Source: an uncultured Flavobacteriaceae bacterium
GTDB taxonomy: Bacteria; Bacteroidota; Bacteroidia; NS11-12g; UBA955
NCBI GenBank assembly: GCA_964431045.1
Contig: CAYSIK010000001.1
Span: forward strand, 1-43,888
Length of the DNA: 43,888 bases
Direction of reading: 5' to 3'
Shown: one piece after another, positions 17,048 through 24,802 of the stretch
Position numbering within the stretch: the stretch's first letter is position 1
How the letters are laid out: the number at the start of each line of letters is the position of its first letter
Notes under the pieces: generated by a model
What the model was told of the DNA's origin: nothing
What the model saw: the letters and a program-made list of their open reading frames with translations, nothing else
Databases searched by the model: none
Made by a program: the position numbers and the translations under genes

Positions 17048-17464
17048 TTAATATATTTCAGTTTCGTTATTAAAATCTCTATTAATCAGTCTTTTAATTC
17101 CAAATTTAAGTGACTCAACGTTGAAATTAATCAATAACCCATTTTCATACCTGCCAAATTTTAAATACGTCAGCACCTGCGCTGCGTGAACAGGTAAAAA
17201 CGAATCTGTAGCCTTTAGCTCTACAACAAGTTTATTTTCAACAAGTAAATCTATCCTATAACCTGCTTGAATATTAAAACCTTCATAAACAATCGGCACC
17301 GGCTTTTCCTCCTCTACTTCAAAACCATCCATCATTAATTGATGCGCCAAACATTTTCTGTAAGCACTTTCCAACATTCCGGGACCCAGAAAACTATGTA
17401 CTTTCATAGCAGCTCCCAATACAGCACCCGATAAACCAAAATCTTCTTTTAAATGAATTCCCAT
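17048..17464 (-). CDS. GxxExxY protein (PD-(D/E)XK-like fold family)
   Basis: LGPGMLESAYRKCLAHQL...PIVYEG...GYRIDLLVENKLVVELKA...HAAQVLTYLKFGRYENGLLINFN is the family hallmark. ATG 17464 is preferred over the TTG at 17488. The gene sits in a markedly AT-rich patch. Confidence 0.8.
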   Translation of the reverse strand: MGIHLKEDFGLSGAVLGAAMKVHSFLGPGMLESAYRKCLAHQLMMDGFEVEEEKPVPIVYEGFNIQAGYRIDLLVENKLVVELKATDSFLPVHAAQVLTYLKFGRYENGLLINFNVESLKFGIKRLINRDFNNETEIY

Positions 17465-17560
17465 AATAATTGATAATAATTTTAACAAAAGTTTTGCATC
17501 AATTTAAAATAAAACTGATTCATACACAATATTCTATTAATAAAAATTAAACAAGCAAGT

Positions 17561-17612
17561 TCAACTCCGCATCCCTCTGCTAAACTCCGCGTTCCTCCGC
17601 GAAACTCTGCGT
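17561..17612. repeat. Five tandem 10-bp units NNNNCTCYGC upstream of the GxxExxY gene
   Basis: The units read tcaactccgc/atccctctgc/taaactccgc/gttcctccgc/gaaactctgc, in exact 10-bp register. Confidence 0.65.
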
Positions 17613-17629
17613 ACCAAAAATCAATTATG

Positions 17630-18043
17630 CTAAATCTTCCTCACCACCCTTCGCCTTGGGGCTGCCGTGCCCTTTTCCAGGATTTCTCCCATAAGGTAAA
17701 ATATCCTTTCCGGGCCGGTATTGATGACAATCGCAAATTTCTCTACGGGTCCCGCGTGCAAATTGCGGGTATGCAAAGCCAGCACAACAGAATCTGTGGT
17801 GCCGGGAACCATGCTGTCTTTTGGGTACTGCGGAACCGTGCACTGACAACCGGGATGCACCTGCCGTATCATAAGTTTTTCTGTACCTTTTACGGTAAAG
17901 GTAAATACTGCTTCAATCGTATCGCCGGGGTTGCAGGTGCCAAAAAACAGGGTATCCCCTCCAACGGTTTGAATGTGTGTTTCCTGGGCTTTGGCAATCT
18001 TACCCAAAACCAATATTGACAGTATTAACAGGGTCTTTTTCAT
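17630..18043 (-). CDS. DUF1573 domain secreted protein (paralog 3 of 3, divergent)
   Basis: Signal peptide MKKTLLILSILVLGKIAKAQ. F-x-F-x-V-x-G plus the Cys motif PGCQCT, a variant of the family's CGCT. Confidence 0.7.
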   Translation of the reverse strand: MKKTLLILSILVLGKIAKAQETHIQTVGGDTLFFGTCNPGDTIEAVFTFTVKGTEKLMIRQVHPGCQCTVPQYPKDSMVPGTTDSVVLALHTRNLHAGPVEKFAIVINTGPERIFYLMGEILEKGTAAPRRRVVRKI

Positions 18044-18052
18044 GGGTAAGAA

Positions 18053-18075
18053 AAAGGCCGGATAAACCGGCCTTT
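18053..18075 (-). terminator. Intrinsic terminator after the middle DUF1573 gene
   Basis: aaaggccgg / ccggccttt form a 9-bp stem with a 5-nt loop. On the minus strand the hairpin runs into ttttt. Confidence 0.65.
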
Positions 18076-18081
18076 GAAATA

Positions 18082-18510
18082 TTAGTTTCCGATAATAACA
18101 GACTTGGGTTTTTCGGGCTCTTTTACCACAATACCGGTAATGGTAAGGGTTACATCGCCGCCGTTGCTGTACACAAAAATGTTTTTGGTAAAGTTGCCGG
18201 GGCGACCTGAGCTGTTATACTCTGCAGTCACCACAGCCGTTGCTCCGGGAGCGATGGCTTCGCGGGGCCACTTGGGAGAAGTGCAGCCACAGCTGGCCTG
18301 CACATTGCTCAATATCAGCGGATCGGTGCCCGTATTGGTGAATTTGAAATCATAGCGGGCAATCTGGCCTTCAATAACATTACCAAAGTTATGGGCAATG
18401 TTCTCAAATTTCACTTTGGCATTGCTTGCGGGCGTTGCTGCGGGCTGATCCTGCGCAACGGCACTGCCGAATGCTGCTACAACTAAGAGGGAGAAAAGGA
18501 GCTTTTTCAT
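18082..18510 (-). CDS. DUF1573 domain secreted protein (paralog 2 of 3)
   Basis: Signal peptide MKKLLFSLLVVAAFGSAVAQ, then FKFTNTGTDPLILSNVQASCGCTSP. Confidence 0.78.
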   Translation of the reverse strand: MKKLLFSLLVVAAFGSAVAQDQPAATPASNAKVKFENIAHNFGNVIEGQIARYDFKFTNTGTDPLILSNVQASCGCTSPKWPREAIAPGATAVVTAEYNSSGRPGNFTKNIFVYSNGGDVTLTITGIVVKEPEKPKSVIIGN

Positions 18511-18532
18511 AACGCTTCTATACCTTAAAGTA

Positions 18533-18946
18533 TTATTTCAGCTGGGTACCGTTGCCGGCAGGACTTTCGGTAGATACGGTTCCGGTGATGGTGAGGTCAG
18601 TGCTTGCGCCGTTGTCGAAAGATACTTTCACGGACTTCTGGAAGAAACCGGGACGACCTTCGGTACCATAGCTTGCCTTTACTTCACCGGTTTTGCCGGG
18701 CATTACGGGCGTTTTGGTGTAGGTTGGTGTAGTACATCCACAGCTGGGGGCAGCAGCGGTGATAACCACAGGTGCTTTTCCGTTGTTGGTGAAAGTGAAC
18801 GTTACTTCAGCAGGAGGACCCATTTTCACAGTGCCGAAATCATGGGTGGTTTTGTTCCACTTGATGGTTTCATTCTGCTTAATACCTGCTACCAGCATGG
18901 CAGTGACAGCCATGGCAGCGAATCCGAGAGTAAAAATCTTTTTCAT
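18533..18946 (-). CDS. DUF1573 domain secreted protein (paralog 1 of 3)
   Basis: Trimmed to ATG 18946 (MKKIFTLGFAAMAVTAMLVAG), then FTFTNNGKAPVVITAAAPSCGCTTP. Confidence 0.78.
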   Translation of the reverse strand: MKKIFTLGFAAMAVTAMLVAGIKQNETIKWNKTTHDFGTVKMGPPAEVTFTFTNNGKAPVVITAAAPSCGCTTPTYTKTPVMPGKTGEVKASYGTEGRPGFFQKSVKVSFDNGASTDLTITGTVSTESPAGNGTQLK

Positions 18947-19126
18947 GGTTTTGTTGTTTTGCAAAAAGAATATCAACAACTGTACCAAAAAAATAACTGC
19001 TTCCCAGCCTGAAGAAAAAATGTTGGTCAAAACCCCTATTTGAATTGCGATAATCAGAAGAAATTTTCCAAAATATTCTGTTCAATAAAAACCCTCAAAA
19101 GGCTTATCATTTTTGGAAATATTAAT

Positions 19127-19145
19127 TATTGTACTTTTTACAATA
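19127..19145. promoter_or_regulatory. Candidate operator TATTGT-N7-ACAATA on the promoter of the NrtR-like regulator operon
   Basis: tattgt-acttttt-acaata. The right arm overlaps the first two bases of the -7 box at 19144-19151. The same palindrome with the same spacing occurs at 31346 and 31369. Confidence 0.55.
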
Positions 19146-19151
19146 TATTTG
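19144..19151 (+). promoter_or_regulatory. -7 box TATATTTG for the glycan-utilisation operon
   Basis: TAnnTTTG match 10 nt upstream of ATG 19162. Confidence 0.45.
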
Positions 19152-19161
19152 CTTCTGTCCC

Positions 19162-19857
19162 ATGAAAAATCTCAAGAAAATTCTCAAGCAATACTTCAAC
19201 GTTGCCGTTTCGGTAGATAACGTGGTGTTTGGTTTTGACGCCGACGGACTTAAGGTTCTCCTCATTTCCCGTGGTTCCGAGCCTTTCACCGGCTCCTGGG
19301 CCCTTCCCGGTGACCTGATTTCACCCGAAATGGACCTCGAATATTCTGCAGAGAAGATCCTGAAACAGCTTACCGGGCTGGATCAGGTGTACATGGAACA
19401 GATACAAACCTTTGGTAGCGTGGACCGTCACCCGTTCGGACGTGTGTTCACCATTGCCTATTTCGCCCTTATTAAGGTAGAGAATTACCACCCACAGGCC
19501 GCTTCATGGGCCAAGGATGTGGCGTGGTTCAAGGTTACTGAAATCCCAAAATTGCCTTTTGATCACCGCGAAATACTGGAATACGCGCGCCGTCTGCTGA
19601 AAAACCGCATCCGCACTCAGACGCTGGTGTTTGAGCTTTTGCCTAAATATTTTACCCTCACCGAACTGCAGTTTATTCATGAAAGTATCCTCGAAGAAGA
19701 ATTTGATGTAAGAAACTTCAGAAAAAAGATATTGTCTTCGGGTATCATCGAAGAGACCGGTAAAATGCAAAAAAATGTAACGCACCGTCCGGCTATGTTA
19801 TACCGATACAATGCAGCAAAGGCCAAGCAGCTTGGTTTTGAAGGAGGTATTCTGTAG
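19162..19857 (+). CDS. NrtR/AraR-type transcriptional regulator (degenerate NUDIX domain plus C-terminal winged helix)
   Basis: Trimmed to ATG 19162. The Nudix box reads GDLISPEMDLEYSAEKILKQLTGL, so RE-x-x-EE is replaced by EK-x-x-KQ and the domain is probably non-catalytic. The C-terminal FTLTELQFIHESIL...FDVRNFRKKILSSGII...RPAMLYRYN resembles the NrtR winged-helix domain. Confidence 0.72.
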   Translation: MKNLKKILKQYFNVAVSVDNVVFGFDADGLKVLLISRGSEPFTGSWALPGDLISPEMDLEYSAEKILKQLTGLDQVYMEQIQTFGSVDRHPFGRVFTIAYFALIKVENYHPQAASWAKDVAWFKVTEIPKLPFDHREILEYARRLLKNRIRTQTLVFELLPKYFTLTELQFIHESILEEEFDVRNFRKKILSSGIIEETGKMQKNVTHRPAMLYRYNAAKAKQLGFEGGIL

Positions 19858-21225
19858 TGAGAGTTCTCGCGGTCATATTCGTTTTTATGGCAGCGCAATT
19901 GCCTGTTGCAGCCCAGCCTGCAAAGATTTCGCTTATCCAAAAAAACGGACAATGGCAGCTGCTCAAGAATGGACAGCCCTATTACATAAAAGGCGCCGGA
20001 GGAACGGTACAGCTCGACCTTTTGGTTGAGTGCGGCGGTAATACCATCCGCACCTGGGGAATAGATGATGCGCAGCGCATTTTGGACGATGCTGGGAATG
20101 TGGGTGCAACACGAACGTCACGGCTTCGATTATGATAACAACCTGGCGGTTCAGAAACAGATACAGCATTTCAAATCGGCAGTGGACCGCTACAAAAACC
20201 ATCCCGCCCTACTGATGTGGGGCATAGGCAATGAGGTGGATTTGTTTTACAGCAATACCAAAGTTTGGCACAGTATTCAGGCTATTGCCAAGTATGTTCA
20301 CGATACCGATCCCAACCATCCTACATGCACCGTTACGGCCGGACTGGATTCACTGGAAGTTCAGCACATCCGCGAAAAAGCCCCCGATATTGATATATAC
20401 GGCGTAAATACCTATGGGGATATTGCCGGTGTGCCGAAAAATATTGGACGGTTTGGCTGGACAGGTCCCTACATGATAACCGAATGGGGCCCCAATGGGC
20501 ATTGGGAATCGCCGGTTACACCCTGGAACGCGGCAATCGAGCAATCCAGCCGCGAAAAAGCCGATGTGTACTGGGAGCGATATGTAAAATATATCATGGC
20601 TGACAGCCAGCACTGCATTGGTTCCTATGTGTTTTTATGGGGACAAAAACAGGAATATACCCTCACCTGGTATGGCTTGTTTACCAAAGATAACAAGCAA
20701 ACCGAGGCCGTGGATATGCTTTATGAACTTTGGAACAGAAAGAAACCGCCAATACCAACACCCACCTTACATAGCCATGGCCTGCTGATTTATTTAGGGG
20801 TGGGAAATGCCCAAAAGACGCTGTTGGGTGCGGCGTCCGACAACATTTTCCTGACCGCAGGCTCCTTAAATACGGCCATTGTGAAACCCAGACTGCTTAG
20901 GGCTTCGCAAGAAGAAAGCAGCAATCCCCGCAGCTATCGCATTGAATGGAAGTTGCTTGCGGAAAGTGACGATAAAAAAGCCGGAGGCGATATGGAAAAT
21001 GAAGCTTCCGAAATTGGCGGTTTTATCAAAAAAGCCAAAGATTTTGAATTGCAGTTCAAGGCACCACGGCAGCCCGGTGCCTATCGTTTGTTTGTAACCA
21101 TCCATTACAAAAACAAGGTCGCCTATGCCAATGTGCCTTTTATGGTTAAGGATGCGGCTTCAGATGAAGGTAGTAAAGCACTCAGGTTTAAAAGATACGA
21201 CTTACAAAGTTTTGACCAGCCATGA
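19857..21225 (+). pseudogene. Secreted clan GH-A (TIM-barrel, GH2-C/GH5-like) glycoside hydrolase split by a frameshift near 20090-20103
   Basis: The 92-aa ORF at 19857..20135 has a GTG start overlapping the regulator's TAG. It carries the signal peptide MRVLAVIFVFMAAQLPVAAQ and ends ...NTIRTWGIDDAQRILDDAG. The sequence continues in the +1 frame (ORF 20065..21225) as WVQHERHGFDY...LMWGIGNEVD...YMITEWGP, with NE as acid/base and TEWG as nucleophile. The two ORFs overlap by 71 nt. Confidence 0.55.
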
Positions 21226-23075
21226 TGAAGAAATACGCACATATTGTATGGACGATATGGCTGGCGACGGCCGTTATGGCAGCATCAGCCCAGGATACTA
21301 TAAAGCTCAGCGAAACACCGGGTGTACATCCCAAAGCGCCTATGCCATCCCTGGAACGCTTCCAGGTGTCTGGCTATTACAGATTTATCACCAATGTGCG
21401 CCAACTGCAGGAAGGGTATTCCGACCAGATGAAAACCCCACTGAACATTTTCGTGGGCGATGACAGCCAGATTCCGCAATTATTACTGAACATGGGCGGC
21501 AGTATATCCCCCAACACCCGGTTTTATACTGACTTTTATCTGTGGACACCCATGATGGGCGGTGGAATGGTCGAAAATGTGAAAGGACTTAACCTCGGCG
21601 TAAGCCTTACCGGTACCCATGATTTTGAAAAAGGCACCCTGCAGGTACAGACAGGTGGTATCAACTGGTATTCCCTCACGCCTTTCACCTTCTTTTCCAA
21701 CCCCGGCTTTAACCGTTTTACGGTATTTGAGCGCAACCCCTGGGACCCAATGACCCGCAATGCTATGGATCGGTATCAGACCTTTTACCAGACCGGAGCC
21801 ATGAACCAGGATACACGCTGGGGCAGACAGGCTTTTCAGGGTTTGATTATGGACCTAAGTAACCTTCCCAATGGTTTTTCAGGGGTGCTGATGTACGGCA
21901 AAACCCAGCTGAACGGAGGTATGACCCCATTGCCCAACCACAGCCTGGGCGGTAAAATCAAAAACGGGAACGAAAACCGCTACATCAGTGTCAATACTTT
22001 CAACAACCAAACCTATTCCGACTCCCTGCTGAGCAGCACACTGGGTTTTAATGTTCATACTGCAGAATTTGTGTGGAAAAAACAAGGCTGGAAAATCTAC
22101 GGTGAAACCGGTGCCGGACGCTATTACAGTAATTCATACAATAAGGGCTGGGGTGAAGCCATATCGTTGAAACTGGATATCCCACAGCGCGTATTGCGTG
22201 TACCCCTGCAAATCCACTACTTCCGCATCAGCCCCAAAGTGATCAACAACAGCAGTGTATTCTGGAATTCTGCCATTCAGGAAGGCAACAATACCGGGGC
22301 GCAAAGCGAAGCCCAGCTTGTGCTGGCCCCTTTTTCGAGTGCCATGGTGCCGGTGGGCCAGCTCACCAATAACCGCACAGGTATTGAGCTGAACTCAGAA
22401 ACCAAAGCCGGCCGCTTCCGCATCAATGCGGGATACACCATTGCCAAAGAACTGGAGCGCATTGCCTCACAAATCACCTATTCGCACCCGGTTAATAACC
22501 TGGCTCTGTCGCGTTTCTGGCGATGGTCTTTCCCTGCGGGAGTGGGGCCCTATAAAAACCTGACCAAGGTGTACCGCGGGGTATATGAGTCGGTGGATTT
22601 GAGGGATGTGGATGCACAACAAGTGCCATTGAACGATAAATATTTCAATACTGCTGAACTTCAGATTAAATACAAAACCCAACTGGGCGGAAAAGAGCTG
22701 TTCATAAACTATCTGGGAACCTATGCATCGGTACAGTCTTTTGCCTCACCATTTACCGTGTTTACCGAAAAAGCCTATCTCCGCACGTATTACCACCAGT
22801 TGGAATCTTACCTAAAACTGGCCAGAAACCTTGTGTGGTGCAATTACGCAGGCGCCGAAAGAATCATCGCCAATTACGATACCCGAACAGATGCCATTAG
22901 CCGAAGGCCTAAAAATCAGGAGGGATATGGCATTGCTACCGGTTTTGACATAGAAATGAGCAAGGGCGCAGGCCTCTATATACGTCAGAGAAAAATGTAT
23001 TATACAGACCGCAGCTTCAGTAAAGACAGGTACCGCGGATGGGAAACCACCGTAGAATTAAAAATATTCTTTTGA
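21222..23075 (+). CDS. Predicted outer-membrane beta-barrel protein (OMP-A of a paralogous pair), unknown family, not TonB-dependent
   Basis: Signal peptide MMKKYAHIVWTIWLATAVMAASAQ. Amphipathic alternating-residue stretches run throughout. The C-terminus GWETTVELKIFF has an aromatic end typical of a beta-signal. No plug domain or TonB box is visible. The ATGATG start overlaps the upstream TGA. Confidence 0.6.
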   Translation: MMKKYAHIVWTIWLATAVMAASAQDTIKLSETPGVHPKAPMPSLERFQVSGYYRFITNVRQLQEGYSDQMKTPLNIFVGDDSQIPQLLLNMGGSISPNTRFYTDFYLWTPMMGGGMVENVKGLNLGVSLTGTHDFEKGTLQVQTGGINWYSLTPFTFFSNPGFNRFTVFERNPWDPMTRNAMDRYQTFYQTGAMNQDTRWGRQAFQGLIMDLSNLPNGFSGVLMYGKTQLNGGMTPLPNHSLGGKIKNGNENRYISVNTFNNQTYSDSLLSSTLGFNVHTAEFVWKKQGWKIYGETGAGRYYSNSYNKGWGEAISLKLDIPQRVLRVPLQIHYFRISPKVINNSSVFWNSAIQEGNNTGAQSEAQLVLAPFSSAMVPVGQLTNNRTGIELNSETKAGRFRINAGYTIAKELERIASQITYSHPVNNLALSRFWRWSFPAGVGPYKNLTKVYRGVYESVDLRDVDAQQVPLNDKYFNTAELQIKYKTQLGGKELFINYLGTYASVQSFASPFTVFTEKAYLRTYYHQLESYLKLARNLVWCNYAGAERIIANYDTRTDAISRRPKNQEGYGIATGFDIEMSKGAGLYIRQRKMYYTDRSFSKDRYRGWETTVELKIFF

Positions 23076-24802
23076 TGAAAAAACAAGTAAAACATAGCAT
23101 TAAGTTTTTAGGCCTTCTTACAGCAGCCACTCCGCTGTGGCTTTCAGCCCAAAACACCCCTAAATTCAGTATGAAAGGCGGAGCACGTTCGGTTTTGGCC
23201 AACTCAGAATTGCAGGTAAAAGACAGTGTTCCCGATAAGGTTACCGCTCCTAAAAACGCCGGAGGATATGCCCTCATAGACCTGGGTTTCAATATCCGTC
23301 CTAACAAGAACACCGAAATTTTGGGCATGATCCGCATCAACAACCGCTTTGGCGGTTTCTGGGGTGCAGGGGTAACCTTTGATGTGCGTCAGCTTTGGCT
23401 GAAAGGCGTGATTGCCGATAAAATCCGTTACCAGCTGGGCGATATTAACCTGAAACAGACCCCGTTTACTTTCTGGAACCACGATGAGGACCGGTGCATG
23501 CAACAGCCTGCTGTATTTGACCTTCAGCGGGATATTGTAAATTACGAATCTTTTTATGTGCCCGGAACATGGCGTCAACAGGGTGCGGAGGCAGATTTTG
23601 GATTGGAATCCGTAAAACTCAAATCTGACTGGAATTTTCATGGATACCTTACCCGATTGAACGCCACCAACTTTGGCAGCCAGCCCGAACGCCTGCACAC
23701 AGGAGCAACCGCCAACTGGGTTTGGAACAAAAAAGCTACCCTGGCCTACAATATCAGCCGAATTTTTGATGTTAAGGAGACCGCCACACAACCACTGTTG
23801 TTTCAGAATACGGTGCAAACCTTGTCGTGGGAATGGAAGCAGGCCTTCGGAAAACAGCAGTTCACCCTCGGAGGTGAAGCCGGCAATTCATCCTACCGCA
23901 TCGTACACGATACAGCATCACCCCATCTGCAAGACTTTTTTGCTCATGGTTTTGTAAAAGTTGCACCCAATGGCAAACGCTGGGAGGCTGAAGCAGGTTA
24001 TATCAATGTGGGTCCCGATTTCAGAAGCATAGCGGCGCAATCTAAACGCATTGATTACAATGCACAACCCTTATTGTATAATCGCTATACCCAAATGCAA
24101 ATAGACCGCCCCCTGCACCTGCTGGATTTTATTGGTAATGCCAATCTTTACCGAAATGGAATCAGTACAAAGCTGATGGCCTACAATCCTCTGGTAAACA
24201 ATGTACTTCCTTACGGAATCGCGACCTTTAACCGGCAAGGTTTTTATGCAAAAGCGAAGTATAATATTGTAAAAAATACAATAACATTGGATGCACAACA
24301 CTGGCGCTTGTCTGAAATTTTGGGTCAGGGAACACCCGAACTCAAAAAGATGGATATGACCCGGCTCGATGTAAACTGTGATGCAGGCAAGTTGCTCGGA
24401 ATAAAAAAACAGGCTAAACTGCATGTGTCGGCATGTAACCAGAATACCCGGCGCAAGAGTCCGCGTGCCTACGAAGAGCTGGATTTAAACTCTCTGCAAT
24501 GGTCGGCCGGCATGGAAATGGAGGTAATGAAGGACATTGATGTGCTGGGCGGCTACACCTCCCTGCAAGGAAAAGGAAATGATCAGACGGCCGTGCGCAA
24601 TGAATACACCGAAGTGATTGATTTTGCAGGCTTTTCAGCCAATCAGCGACACAGCACAGCTGCCGCCGGACTCAGGGTGCGTTTTGGCGGTAAAACCTAT
24701 CTGGCACTCATGTATCAGCGTATGCAGTACCAAAACAAGGCCCAGGCATTCCGGGATTACAGCATCGGACAAATGCAGGCCATTTATAACATGACATTCT
24801 GA
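23075..24802 (+). CDS. Predicted outer-membrane beta-barrel protein (OMP-B, distant paralog of OMP-A)
   Basis: Trimmed to ATG 23075 (TGATG overlap), giving MKKQVKHSIKFLGLLTAATPLWLSAQ. The C-terminus is GQMQAIYNMTF. It shares with OMP-A an ordered set of motifs: I-x-PN, G-x-IN-x3-4-TPFTF and W-x-x-Q. Confidence 0.6.
   Translation: MKKQVKHSIKFLGLLTAATPLWLSAQNTPKFSMKGGARSVLANSELQVKDSVPDKVTAPKNAGGYALIDLGFNIRPNKNTEILGMIRINNRFGGFWGAGVTFDVRQLWLKGVIADKIRYQLGDINLKQTPFTFWNHDEDRCMQQPAVFDLQRDIVNYESFYVPGTWRQQGAEADFGLESVKLKSDWNFHGYLTRLNATNFGSQPERLHTGATANWVWNKKATLAYNISRIFDVKETATQPLLFQNTVQTLSWEWKQAFGKQQFTLGGEAGNSSYRIVHDTASPHLQDFFAHGFVKVAPNGKRWEAEAGYINVGPDFRSIAAQSKRIDYNAQPLLYNRYTQMQIDRPLHLLDFIGNANLYRNGISTKLMAYNPLVNNVLPYGIATFNRQGFYAKAKYNIVKNTITLDAQHWRLSEILGQGTPELKKMDMTRLDVNCDAGKLLGIKKQAKLHVSACNQNTRRKSPRAYEELDLNSLQWSAGMEMEVMKDIDVLGGYTSLQGKGNDQTAVRNEYTEVIDFAGFSANQRHSTAAAGLRVRFGGKTYLALMYQRMQYQNKAQAFRDYSIGQMQAIYNMTF

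Noticed and set aside
19857-20135. Treating the 92-aa ORF as a stand-alone small secreted protein
   Set aside because: Its sequence (…LIQKNGQWQLLKNGQPYYIKGAGG…NTIRTWG…) is the N-terminal strand-and-helix lead-in of the TIM-barrel hydrolase that continues in the next frame, so a frameshift explains it better.
21222-24802. Calling the two OMPs SusC/RagA-like or the following lipoprotein SusD-like
   Set aside because: There is no carboxypeptidase-regulatory-like domain, TonB box or plug motifs (compare the genuine TBDR at 32436..35075). The barrels are only ~600 aa. The 334-aa lipoprotein is far shorter than SusD and lacks TPR-like helical character.
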